From the NCBI GenBank assembly GCA_976551045.1, contig CDPCPM010000007.1, positions 8,618,001-8,682,000 on the forward strand: 64,000 nt of DNA, in the 5' to 3' direction. Source of the DNA: Glaucostegus cemiculus. Its lineage: Eukaryota. Shown here piece after piece: positions 12,701-25,079 of this stretch; position 1 is the first letter of the stretch, and every line of letters begins with the position of its first letter. The translations under genes were made by a program, and so were the position numbers. The notes under the pieces are model-generated. The model was given only the letters and a program-made list of their open reading frames with translations. It did no database searches and was not told the origin of the DNA.

Positions 12701-13950
12701 CAGCCAGAAACAACTGTCTCTTATGTTGGACTATTTGCAAAAAGTCAGGAAAGGAGGAGCAGGCAAAGGACCACATCCTTTTGCAGCATATGCTGGCGGA
12801 TGGAACTCTTTCATTGTCTGCCAATTGGTCTGCAAAAAGGCCTTAAATATCACATTGACAGTAGCTATCACTTCCAAACAAAATTCCTTGCAGTGTGCTG
12901 AGCTGCAGAAGAAATGAAACTCTATTGTCTGGTGTGAGTCATACTGAATATGACTGGGTCTTTTTTTAAATATTGTGTGCGCTTATTTTTGAGTACTGTA
13001 ATTGGATTTGTGGACAACTGTACACCTGCACCATGGATAGATTATCTTTTCCATAAGATATATTCACAAGGGAATCAGATCCAGTGGTTAGTCGGGAAAG
13101 GCCAGTAAGGTGCTGGAATTTAATGCGGCAGAACTAGTGCAGGCAGCAGCAATGCTGGTGTTTATGATTGCAGCAGTAGCAGAAATAAACAACTTCCCTT
13201 TCAATAGGTCCATTCCTTGTTTGTAGACAGCAGAGGTCTATCTGCTTCCAGTCAGATGCAGTGGTAGCCGATGTGATGACTTGCCACAGATCATGTGGAA
13301 CCAATGTCCAAAGATTTGCATTTCTGCCCTCCCCAGCTGCCTGTAGTAGCAGCAGGTCACTGATAAATCATCTGTGAAGGTTCAGCTGGGTAGTGTTTCA
13401 TCACACCTCCCTATTCATAGCCAAGGCTGATTTCTGACCTAAGGGCAGAAAGGCCTAAGAAGGGATTGGGTTCCCCCCACACACCCATTATCAGCTGCAT
13501 TCACTCAGTGCCATCAGCTGAGACTGTCTAAATGGGAACAGCTGATCCTTACAACAAAATATATATAATATATAAACATTTTCTAGTAAGCGGTCCCCAG
13601 CTGCCTTTCTCAGAGCAGCACTTTAGGAGTAACTCAACAACAGTGCACCCATGGGCAGACGGAAAAGAGAAATGTTCAAAACTGGACCAAGTGCTGCACG
13701 CCAAAGAAAAACAAATCCGATGCCAAACTACACATCGTTAGCTCAAATCTGTTCCATGTGGAAATCAGAATAATAACGTGAGGGAAAACGACTAGTGATC
13801 TTGAAGTGATTTGGCTTGCTGCCTGTCAAATATTCACTTTTGCTTCCACTTCTGCAATTACTATAGGAAATACATTTTCATTCATTTTCCTTTATCCAAG
13901 AACAGCCCCCCTCCCCCTCCCCCTCCTCCTTCCCCTTCCCCTACTCACTC
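12700..13950 (-). promoter_or_regulatory. Putative non-CpG alternative promoter/enhancer (E-box cluster, REST-like site)
   Basis: Six CAGCTG in 13334-13603; CCTGCACCATGGATAG at 13025-13040; CCAATTGG; C-rich tract ~13905-13940. Confidence 0.45.
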
Positions 13951-16900
13951 GAGATTGGAATAATTATCTGATTCACTGCTTCCATGAATGTTAACATTTT
14001 GAGCCATGCTTTCCAGGATGTTCTGCTTTTCTCTCTGCATTTTTGCCTCCTGCCAACTAGCCTCATGTGTCCAAGGATTTAAGGCTTCTAATTAAACTGA
14101 ATAGCCAGCACAGTCTCTGTCTGAGCCCCCCACCTCAATGTGCAGTTACAGATGTATTTCATTCAGCCAGCTTTTATTTATGATACTGGATTTTAGGTTT
14201 TTTTTCTCCTGTTGCACAGCACAACATTCCATCCTGGTTTAGCACAATGTATTTAATAACTATGTCGACTGTCTTAATTACCCTATAAAGCTGGATTCCA
14301 TTGGCATTTGACCCTCCTCAGCATTCCACAGAAACTGCAGGACTATAATAATTACCAACTGACTGTGAGAAAATTAAACAAAAAGATTCAACATTCTAGA
14401 CACTTAAACAACCTGTAACATCGCACAGATAAATCATTGATGAAACAACACACTTAGCTTTCAGCGTTGAACTATTTTCCCTTGCAAGATCACAAAAATA
14501 ACATTACATATGCTTAATCATAGTATTTGACTTACTTTCATCTGCAACATGAAGTAATATCATATACTTTTCATGTGGTGATCTCTTTTCTAAATGATAT
14601 TTAATAACATGTGAAGGCATTGTTACAATGAAAGTTTTGCACTTGTGACAAAGCATTGCCACTGCACTGAGGTGACGATATAACTGCAGATAAAGATTTG
14701 ATCATTAATGGTTTGATACCTCCCTTTCTGGAAGTCTATCTCATACTTGCTGACACTATGAGATGGTGTCAGGTCAGGTTTAAAATATAGGGACATTGAA
14801 TTTGACCTCCCAGACTGTTTTTCAACTTAATCAGAGCTTTTAATAATACTTAAAAAACTATTGTTCTGATTTCAGTTTTGAAATTGTTTAAATTACACTG
14901 TCAGGGAAGTGAGTTTTGTCCACTTCCTTGGCTGTGGAACTGAAGTTAGTCTGCACTGTAGAACAGGAGTGACCAGTTCTGAACTATACCCTACAGCTAT
15001 CAGTCTCGATTCAGTCATAGAGTAAAATGGCGGCCAAGAAAAAGTACCTTAGCACAATGTGTTATTTAATAAACTTTCTGTGATACAGTGAACTGGCATT
15101 ACAGTAAGTCATTGAAAATTTGAGATCTTAGCACTTGCTATCTCTGTTCTTAACTCCAATTCAGAATATAGCATTTTTCCTGAAAATTTGTTTTACCTAT
15201 CAAATCAATATGTCAGGTCCCCATTCTTTCATATTGTCCAGGTTGACTAAAAGACAAAATCTACCAACGGCTTCACTAATGACCATCTAATGTTAAAATT
15301 ACACTTACTTCATCAATCCTAGAGGTTAGAACTACATGAAAAAAATACGCAGATGCAAAACTTCTTTGCAAGAATAATCTTCTTCAGAAAAATGGATCTT
15401 GGACCAAGACTTCACAGAATTAGCTGAACTGTCTGAATATGTGCAACTTAATAAAAAGGCAGAAAGGAGGCTTCCACTGATAGAAGGGGAAATATGCAAA
15501 ACATGAAAAGTTAAATCTTGCTGGCTCACATTGGTAGCTCCGAATATAACCATTGGCATTTTGCCATTTAAATGGCAATAGGTTTACAACTTGCATGGAT
15601 GCCCTGGCAAAATCAAACATTCCAGACGTACTGACAGACTTGGAGTGATAAATCTATCTGTTCACTCTGCAGCTGAACTTCATATTGAGTCCAATGGTGG
15701 CATGCAGTCCAGTCTAGGATTAAATCTGGCACAAGATCCAATCCTTATTGATTTCAATGGGGATTGTAAAATCCAAACAGACTAACATACATTTTTTTTT
15801 TAAATTATTCTATTTGGTTTAATTCTTTTAAATATTTCTAGATCTTTTAACATTTTTAATTAACATTTAAGCGACTGAAACAGTTTTAATAATTTTAATG
15901 CTCTGTCATGATTCCCAGCAATTTCAACAATTTAAGGGTCGGAGGCTTTTAAAGACTGTTAAGTCACTCACAGCCTTGGCAGGTGACAAAGCTGGGGGTC
16001 AGGGCTTTGCCAGTTGTCGAAGCCACCGGGGCAACTTTGGAGATAGGACCTCCTTGCCGCTCCAGAGGGTCTCACCAACCAGGCTATGCTGCTGGAATGC
16101 AGGAATGCTTTGGACCAACAAGATTGCACTTCACCTGGTTACATGCATGGGGGAATCATGGTCGTGATTTTTTACAGGGAAATCGGTCAGCAGGATGTGG
16201 CACAGAATGTTTTAACATATTTCTCAAAAACTTGATTATCTTACAGAACAGGAATATTGATTTAAATTAGCACCTTCAAATATTATATTAAAAATCATAA
16301 ATGGCAAAAAATTTTACTAAGATTTCATTGATTAAAACTGATATTTATTCACTTTATTAGTTGCTCAGTTTACTGGCTTTCCCTGGGTTGTCCTAACCAA
16401 GCAAGTACATAAATATTAAAAACTTATCAATCTGTAAAAAGAGAAATGAAAATTTAACCAACAAGTTAGCTACTGCATTTTTCATAAATACTGTATATAG
16501 AATGCTTTAGTGTGAATTTATTCCCAAAAGGTTCTCATTTGCATTTTATAACAAGCTTGTGCTATATTCAAACAGCACTAACCATGTTATTGCACTGACT
16601 GTTCAGAGGAAAAATAAAACATGCACAGAATTTATGTTACGATTCACATTCTCTTTATCCCTCTGGAAATCCCTTTAATTGGTGTGTTTTTGAAATAATA
16701 TTCTCTTCATAAGGAGGAATGATACCAGCAGAAACAAAGAAAACCTTTGAGAGCTGAGAAAATACTTCACCTGCTGCAATTAAAATTTGTCTTTCTAAAT
16801 CTTGAAATGGACTGTGTGGCTGTGAATATTCCTTTAATCTATTCTATGATTAACATTGTGCAAGAATGCACATAATTATGGTTCTAGCTGTTCTCAGTTA

Positions 16901-18607
16901 GAACAAGCAAATGTTCTAAAACGCTAAAGTTCTGATGTTCAGCATTTAGCAAATCAGCAACTGTGACATCTATGGATATTTTACAGCATGCATTTGGTAC
17001 TTTGTCATTTTTACTCAGAACCAGTGGTGGAGAATCAAGGTAGAGAATTTATTAACAATATATTTGATGTTTTAATTATTGTCACCAGCATTTGTAAATG
17101 CACTCCAATATCACAGTTTGAAATCAAAGACAATGTCAATCTTAAGGGTGAAACAAGCTGCCAGCACATAACAAAGGTTTACTGACAGCTTCCCTATTTG
17201 TTCTATGCGCTTTCTATCTTCTTTCCACTGTGACTTCTTCAGCTCTATTATACTCTGGGTGCTGCCCTGTTTTCATATAACAGCTCCCACTACTTGATCC
17301 CTGCTTCATCTACTCTGCAGGCCTAAGCATTTGTTGGGCCTATTAGCACAGCTTGAGCCTTATCATATTTTCTATCTGTGGCTGTAGGAGATGTCAGGAG
17401 ATGGAAAATGCTGTGCAGGCTTTCATCCTCCCTCCCTGCACTTCCTTCATAACCACACACAGCACTTGTGTCAATGCCCTCCCAGCACTAGCTGCTGGAA
17501 TCTCCTTAAATGTGTCTAGGTTTGCCATCTGTACGAATAATGCCGCTAAGACTTTGCCATGATTAAGCTGTCAAGATTTATTACGTTAAAAAGTATCAAA
17601 GTTTTGCACTGCAACCTTTGACCCCTGCAGGTTCCACCTCCTCTTCAGTTGCTTCCCCTCCCCCAAAGTCCCATAAGCAGAGTGCCTCAGTTGACCTTGA
17701 CCAATATATGCACCGAGGGAACACTAATGAATTTTGGCCGATTCATCATCAAACTCCAAATTTAATCAAGCCAACATGGCAGAGAAAGCTAGCTGTGATT
17801 AACTCAAACTTTGATGATAATCTGTTAATTTTAGTAAAGTTGGCATGATCTGCTTGTTAATGCAAAGCTTCTTTGGCTAAAACTCTACCAGCTGGTCATA
17901 GTTTTTGCTACCAGATCCTGAAATTACCTGTTCAGCAGCTGCAGAAATAAATTGCTCTTTGCAGTCAATTTATATCAAAAAAATTATAATAGACCAGATT
18001 ATTTGTATTACTAAATGGTCATGATACTGATTTATCTGCATAACATTTGCAATTCATAAATATAATCACAATTTGAGCTGTTTTTATAGGTTAATCAAAG
18101 CATTTAAAGTGGCTGTTTTGCTCAATGTGATGCCAAAAAACATGGGTTCTGGACAATGGAACTTATATAAAAATTGAAAATCTTTTCCTGAATTACCTCA
18201 ATATGGGAAAAATGCAACAACATCTACACCCTGTAAAATTACTCCAGTAATAGGCAATACAGAATACACAATGAGGTAGCAAGGGAAGTGGACTAGAGGT
18301 GCCATAAAAAATATATATATTGTTGAATGATGTTGCATTTCATAATTCACAAGTGCCTTGACTGCCTCAAAGAGAAAAGTTTTCATACATCATTCCTCAC
18401 AAATCATCTGCTCTGTTTATAATAATGATGAGATGCTTCGTCCTTCTGCATTTCCTAAAAAATGATATACCAGCAAAGTGAACATCTTGTGTCAGAATGT
18501 GCAAATTATTTTCCTGTCATTTATGCCTCTGACATTAAATGTTCATTGTGTTATTGTACTTCAGATGCTTCCTACCAATTGTTCTTCATTACCAATCACC
18601 TCCTCAC

Positions 18608-18645
18608 CTGCACAGACAACTTATGTTGACAAGGTGCCAGCCACT
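18608..18645 (-). other. Candidate 38-nt exon
   Basis: Long pyrimidine tract ctttttaattttctttcccttctttttgtgaag| and strong donor CAG|GTGAGG. Confidence 0.5.
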
Positions 18646-20254
18646 CTTCACAAAAAGAAGGGAAAGAAAATTAAAAAGTAGCATCCTATAAAGTGGAGCG
18701 CTGGTATTGAATAGGTTGCTGGCCATGCCAGACGGAAGGTCAAGATATAAGGGGCCTCACAGCTATTTATTAAGAAGGGCAGAAAAATGCACATAGCAGG
18801 AATTTTTATTCATCAGAGTTGTACAGAGCTGGGCTGACTGTATAAAATTGCAGATGGATATAAAGCCAAAAACATACTTGGGCCTTGTATTTGTTTTGGC
18901 TTTGTTTATGCACTGTGATTGCCCAGGCTAGCTTGGTACAACATATATACATCAGTATCATATTCCTTGCACAACTGTTATTTTGCATTTACACTGACAC
19001 TCTGCAAAGTCACACTGCTGAATACAATTTGGAATTCAGCTTTAGTTTCTCAGTAATATCTCTTATTTGATGACATCCAAGGATCCCAGCCAAATGAATG
19101 TTCTGAAAGCAAAGACGCCTGGCTTCTCTGATTTGGGTGGAGTTCCAACAGGCAGCCAAACCAGTGGCAACCCTAACATACTTCCTTATTGCTGACATGT
19201 GGCAGGTTCCTGATGCCACTCTATCACCAAAAGAGGCAACCAGATACTAAGTGGTGCCCAAAAGATCTGGAAATTTTTCTACCCATGCCAAGGCAAGTGT
19301 CTGACAGGCTAGGGGCAAAGGGGGCTGTTAGAAAGCCCTCTCCCTCTATGAGGGGTATGTGTTGAGGGGTGGAGTGAGATGCTGCAACACAAAATTATTA
19401 CCTTCCAAGTACAGGGCTAGGGCAACCTTCACTCTCCCACTCCCCTTTTAACAATGATTTTTGGGTCTCCTCTACACAATGAAACACCTAAGTCAATGGA
19501 CGGACTGTCTGATATCAGCTTGCCTGCCCCAGCAGACTCAGAGCCAATTGTGTTGGCAGGATTGATTTCCTTGTGGACAGGTGTTTGGATATGAATTTGC
19601 CAGACCAAATAAAGCAACTTCAAAAGGCCCATTTTTCAAAGGGGAATTTCAGACTAAGGTTCAAGCAAAACTGTGCTATTTCCTTTATTCTAACAAATTG
19701 AATAAACCAAATGGAAGGAGAAAACAGTCTTGGGCAATATTTCAAAAGCTTGGAATCCATTGGTTAAATGTTGCTAGTCCAGCAATAACTTTACTTCTGT
19801 TCACTCCGATATCCAAATGAACATTTAGAAATGCAGGCCAACTAATTGGGTTTTACTGGTTTACTTGCAGAACTGGTGAGTTCTGGTAGATCATCTGTTA
19901 TTTTAAAGTTTTTATCAATTGATATAAAGCATCCTTTCAAATCAACTGGTCCAATAAGAAGAGAATTTTCAGGGGCGATTTGAACACAATGAACATTACC
20001 AGCAAGCTTTTGCCCCTACACAGAATCAAATTACTAGTTGTTCTGCTACAGTAATTGTAAATAAATGTGACATCACTTGTGACATAATTGATGGTGATTT
20101 AATTGCATTGTTGTGCACAGTCTAAGTAAGACACTGATACCTTTTAGATCTGTGTCTCATGCTTCTGCACTACGCCAGATGAGAAAGAATTCAAAAAGAA
20201 CTGAAGCTGCCACAAGTAATGAGGCCATCAAATACATCAAGCGATTGAAGTTTA

Positions 20255-20530
20255 AACCCTTAGGAAGAAATGGGGCTGAAGGTAGACTCCGAGGAAGAAA
20301 TCTTTTACTCAGAGGATGGCTGGAATCTGGAATGCACTGCCTGAGTGAGAATTTGTTGGAGGCAGGTTCTCTCACAACATTTAAGAAATATGCAGATGAG
20401 AACTTGAATCTTGAAGACACAGAAAGCTAAGCTTTCAAAAATTGGATTGGTTTAGATGGGCACTCATACTCAATGGGCCTCATGGAGATAGTGGACTGAA
20501 GAGACTGTTTCTGTGCTGTATTACTCTATG
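20255..20530 (+). mobile_element. CR1 LINE 3' fragment
   Basis: tttactcagaggatggctggaatctggaatgcactgcctgag...gtttctgtgctgta is the typical CR1 end (FTQRV..IWNALP and 3' tail). Confidence 0.75.
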
Positions 20531-20959
20531 ACTTGGTCACAAGTTGATTAAAGGTTAGTGTACAGGATTATTAAGTGTTACAATTTTAAAGTAGGAATAG
20601 TGCAAGATGACAACTCAGATCCAATCCAGTTGGGAGCCTTGGTGTCTATAATGAAGCAAGAAGGGTTTTGTAGAATGGATGAGATGATTTTCAGAGCAGA
20701 CAATGATATTGAAGTCACAGGTAAGGGCAAAATGATGCCTGCTCAAAATGAAGCTGTACAAGAATGGAAGAAAACAATCTTACTAACTGAGATAGGCTCA
20801 GATGTTTATATCTTTCACAGACCTTCTGGCACCATGGAAGATGAAAGATTGTTTGATGAGGGGAAGCAAAGATAGGTTGCCAAGTCATTTTAATCCCATG
20901 CTCTCAGAGATTGTAGAAAGTTTACAAATTCAGGACCAGAAACCCCAAATGTCTGTCAA

Positions 20960-22872
20960 AACCATTCATATCTCAACTCCATTTTGTCCCCCTTGGTTCA
21001 ATTCCTTCCCACTTACATCCATGACACTTCACATGCTCTCCACCACTGCAGCAACTTTCAGTTCTTGGTCCGGACTGCCTTATCTTCACCAGAGACATCC
21101 AGTCCCTGTACACCTCCATCCCCCATCAGGAAGGCCCACAGACTATCTGCTTCTTTCTTGGCAACAGACCCAATCAGTTCCCTTCTATCACCACACTCCT
21201 CCATCTGCCAGAACTGGTTCTCACCCTCAAAAACTTCTCTTTTGACTCCACCCACTTTCTCCAGACCAAAGGTGCAGTCATGGGTACTTGCATGGGCCCC
21301 AGCTATGCCTGCCTTTTTGTTGGCTACGTGGAACACTCCATGTTCCGAGCCTAAACCAGTAATGCTCCCTAATTCTTTCTCTGCTACATCGATGACTGCA
21401 TTGGTGCTGCTTCCTGCACCTTTACAGAGCTCATCAATTTTGCCTCCATCTTCCACCCTACCCTCAGATTCACTTGGTCTATCTTTGACACCTCTCCCCC
21501 CTTTCTGGATCTCTCTGTCTCCATCTCCAGAGACAGATTATTTACTGACATCAATTACAAACCCACTGACTCCCACCCTGTCACACGCAAGGATGCTATC
21601 CCCTTCTCTCAGTTCTTCTGCCTCGCCCGCATCCGTTCTCATGGTGAGGCTTTCCATTCTAGAACATCCAAGGTGTCCTCTTTTTTCAGTAAACAGGATT
21701 TCCCTTCCTTTACTCTCAATGCAGCCATCACCTGCATCTCCTCCATTCCCCGCACATCTGCACTCACCCAATCACACCACCCCCACTCTCCCCCCACCAA
21801 CATAATAGGGACAGGGTTCCCCTTGTCCTCATGTACCATCCTAAGAGCTTCCACATCCAACACATCATTCTGTGCAATTTCTGCCATTTCCAACAGGATC
21901 CCACCACCAGGCACATCTTCCCCTCCCCTCTGGGGATCGTTCTCTCCATGACTCCCTTGTCTGCTTGTCCCTCCCCACCGATCACCCTCCTGATACTCAT
22001 CCCTGCAACCATGCAAAGTGTCACACCTGTCCCTACACCTCCTCCTCACCACCATTCAGGGCTCCAAACAGTCCCTCCAGGTGAGGCACCACTTCACCTG
22101 TGAATCTATCACTTATTGCATGTGGTGCTCTTGGTGCGGCCTCCTCTATATCGGTGAGACCCGACGCAGACCAGGCGATCACTTTGTCGAGTACCCTCTC
22201 CCTGTCCGCTGCAACAGCCAGGATCTCCCAGTGGCCAGCCACTTTAATTCCACTTCCCATTTCCCCACTGACATGTCTGTCCATGGCCTCCTCTACTGCC
22301 ACATTGAGGCCAGGCACAGGTTGGAGGAGCAACACCTCATATTCCGTCTCGGTAGTCTCCAACCTGACAGCGTCAACATTGATATCTCTAATTTCCGGTA
22401 ATCCCTCCCCTCTGTTTTCCCCTTCCCTCCCCCCTTTGCTTTCCCTCATTCCTGTGGCCCCTTCACCCCTTCTCTTTCCCCTCCCCTGCCCTCATGACTG
22501 CCCACCTCCCTCCCTTCACTCCATGGTCTACTGTCCTCTCCTATCAGATTCCTTCTTCTTTAGCCCTTTGCCTCTTCCACCTATCACCTCCCAGCTTCTC
22601 ACATCATTCCTTTTCAGCCCCACCCACCTACTTTCCCCCTCTCACCTGGACTCACCAATCACCTGCCAGCTCATGCTCTTCCCCCTCCCCTCCCCCTACC
22701 CCAACCTTTTATTCTGGTTTCTGCCCTCTTCCTTTCCAGTCCTGATGAAGGGTCTCAGTTCGAACCGTTGACTGCTCATTTCCCTCCATAGTCACTGCCT
22801 GACCTGCTGAGTTCCTCCAGCATTTTGTGTTCATTGCTCCAGATTTGCATCATCTGCAGTCTCTCTTGTGTC
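20960..22872 (+). mobile_element. Penelope-like retroelement, 5'-truncated and frameshifted (RT + GIY-YIG endonuclease + 3' terminal region)
   Basis: RT motifs MGTCMGPSYACLFVGYVE (~21280-21335) and CYIDDCIGAAS (~21382-21415); ORF 22018-22401 with YCMWCSWCGLLYIGET..VASHFNSTSH..RLEEQHLIFRLGSLQP (GIY-YIG). Confidence 0.92.
22737..22774 (+). ncRNA. Minimal type-I hammerhead ribozyme motif of the Penelope terminus (probably inactivated, GAAA>GAAC)
   Basis: CAGTC-CTGATGA-AGGGTCTCAGTTC-GAAC-CGTT-GACTG; stem I CAGTC/GACTG flanks the conserved core. Confidence 0.7.
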
Positions 22873-23099
22873 CCCGTAGCAATTATATAGCATTTAAAGA
22901 ATTTTTTCTGAACCAAGCACTATGGGGTCATACACAATTTAACAGAGGATCTATTTCAATCTAACTTACTGAATTTGCGATATTTAATGTTTGAATGTTC
23001 ATGTAAAATAGCTATATTGATGGAGGTGTCTTTAAAAAACCCCAGGAATTCAGCAAGTGCATGACATTACTGTGAATTTAGTCTTTTGTCACAGAGCAA

Positions 23100-24830
23100 C
23101 ATAAAGGTAGGAGTTCGAACACTGAGCCATAAGGAGACAGGTAGGAAAACAAATGAAGCACTTTGGAAAAGGAAAATGCTTTCATTGTAAACAGAAAGGG
23201 CACATACCTTTAGTGTGTAAAGCAAGACTCAGGAAGACAAACCAGAATAATGCCTTCCAAGCAGATTTTCAGTGTAAGAGAAGCATTAGTAACTGGAGGC
23301 CACAAATCTGAAGCTGCATTCTTGACGCTACTGCTGTAGGAATTGCAGAATCAGGTCCAAGAATGGGCAGCAATTGTTTGTGGTGAGTGACCAACTTGAA
23401 TATTCACAGTCTGCCAAGACTGCAGATCACAGCCACCAGGAGCATTATTCAGTGAGGAAATGACCCTGGAGTCCATGGATTACTGCAGGAAAGGTGTGGA
23501 TAGTTTAATGGTATTGGTGGATCCTCATTCAAGCTGGAGTGAGCTAAAGCATATGGTGTTATACCTCACTACTGAATGCAACGTCGATGAATATAGATCT
23601 ATTTTTGCAATTCATAATCTTTCCAGTGGGATTGTAATTAGAGAATGGGAACACTGGCCGATTCAATTCACAAAATTTGTTAAGTGACATGGAATCAACC
23701 TTCACTTCACAAGATCACAGGATCACAGATCACAGGACAAAGGAGCAGAAGTAGGCCATTCGGCCCATCGAGTCTGCTCCATGAGCTAAACTAAAACTAT
23801 TCCTAGCTAGCCCCAATTTCTGGCCTTATCCCCATATCCCTCGTCTGTTTCCATGGTTAAAAAAGAAATACTCATTGAGGACCTCGCCCATCCCCTGTGC
23901 CTCCACACACATGTCCACTTTGGGTTTTTAGGGGCCCTATTCTCTCCATAGTTACTTTTTCCATAAATATTCATAAAATCTCCTTGGATTCTCCTTAATC
24001 TTGTCTGCCATTCTGTGTTGTGTTCACATCTTCTTCACTTCTCAGTGAAGTTGAGAGATCAAATGTACATGAAGGAGGCACTAAGGAAGCATTTCATGAA
24101 AAGTAGATCAAATGTTACTGTGAAACATTGTCATGCAAGTTTCCTTCTGAATTGTAGATCGACTTTTCATTCCACTGCAACATGCACTCCTGCAGAAATA
24201 CAGAGGCAGAAAAGATGCATCCAATTTGGTTCAGCCTAATCTGCAAGGTAGGTTGGAAACAATTAAAACAAAGCAAACATCAAAATAAAGAAAGAAGTTC
24301 AGAGTACATATGGGTCCCGACTGTCAGAGAGGTGAAAGCTAGATATTGGAGAAAATTCTTGGGAATTATGGCTCCAAGAATTATCCTGGAAGTGTTAATG
24401 ACAGTCCCAGAAAGGTTTAAGTTGACCACTTGATATCAGTGCAAGATGCCCAAAAGAATATGGAGAAAGATTGAGAGTTTCGACATGCTTGAGCTGAGTT
24501 GGACATGACTGAAGAGATTCAAGTGACACTTTCAACAAATCATGAGAGGGATGCTACACCAACAATTGTAGAGTCTTCAAAATCAACAGAGGCAATACCA
24601 ATACAGTTTCAAAGCTTGGAATTTCAGAACCTGGTGAACCTTACAAATTAGTTCATGTTGTTACGCAAATTTTACTTTTCTCAAGGGGTGTATGTAAATA
24701 AGTGTGGTCCCTTGACATATTTTACCCTCCCTGTATTGTGGGAATCATAGGAACTTCAAATAAATCAGAGCTTTGCGATTTCTCCTAGTACTCCGCCCAC
24801 TTTGTGTGTTATGTACTAAGAACGCACAAA
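23100..24830 (+). mobile_element. Gypsy/Ty3 LTR retrotransposon fossil (Gag zinc knuckle, integrase), internally deleted and interrupted by CR1 pieces
   Basis: CFHCKQKGHIPLVC (CX2CX4HX4C) at 23177-23218; integrase-like LVDPHSSWSE..VDEYRSIFAIHNL (23460-23687) and ASFLLNCRSTFHSTATCTPAEI (24015-24239); possible PPT/LTR at ~24683-24828. Confidence 0.75.
23712..24010 (-). mobile_element. CR1 LINE fragments inserted into the Gypsy fossil
   Basis: (GATCACAG)n tail then ggagcagaagtaggccattcggcccatcgagtctgctcc, the reverse complement of a CR1 3' end. Confidence 0.75.
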
Positions 24831-25079
24831 GGTAGATGCACCACGAGTGCTTTTCCCCAGAGGTGTTTCAGGTGTGAAACACCAGAACTCAGGAAACCGG
24901 CTGTGTCACCTGCAGCCTGCACTGTAGAACTAATGAGGCCGACTGACAAGGTGTCACCCCGACCTCTCTGAGCTGCATGCTCCTGAGTATGTGTCCCTGT
25001 GTCATTCCCTGCTAAGAGATGAAATGATATGAGGAAACTGAGCTGGGAATCCTGTGCGAACTAAATATTCTAACTCTAG

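Noticed and set aside
20984-21805. 273-aa S/P-rich ORF (and 223-aa ORF 22100-22771) as novel proteins
   Set aside because: Off-frame readings of the C-rich Penelope element; the real RT motifs are in other frames
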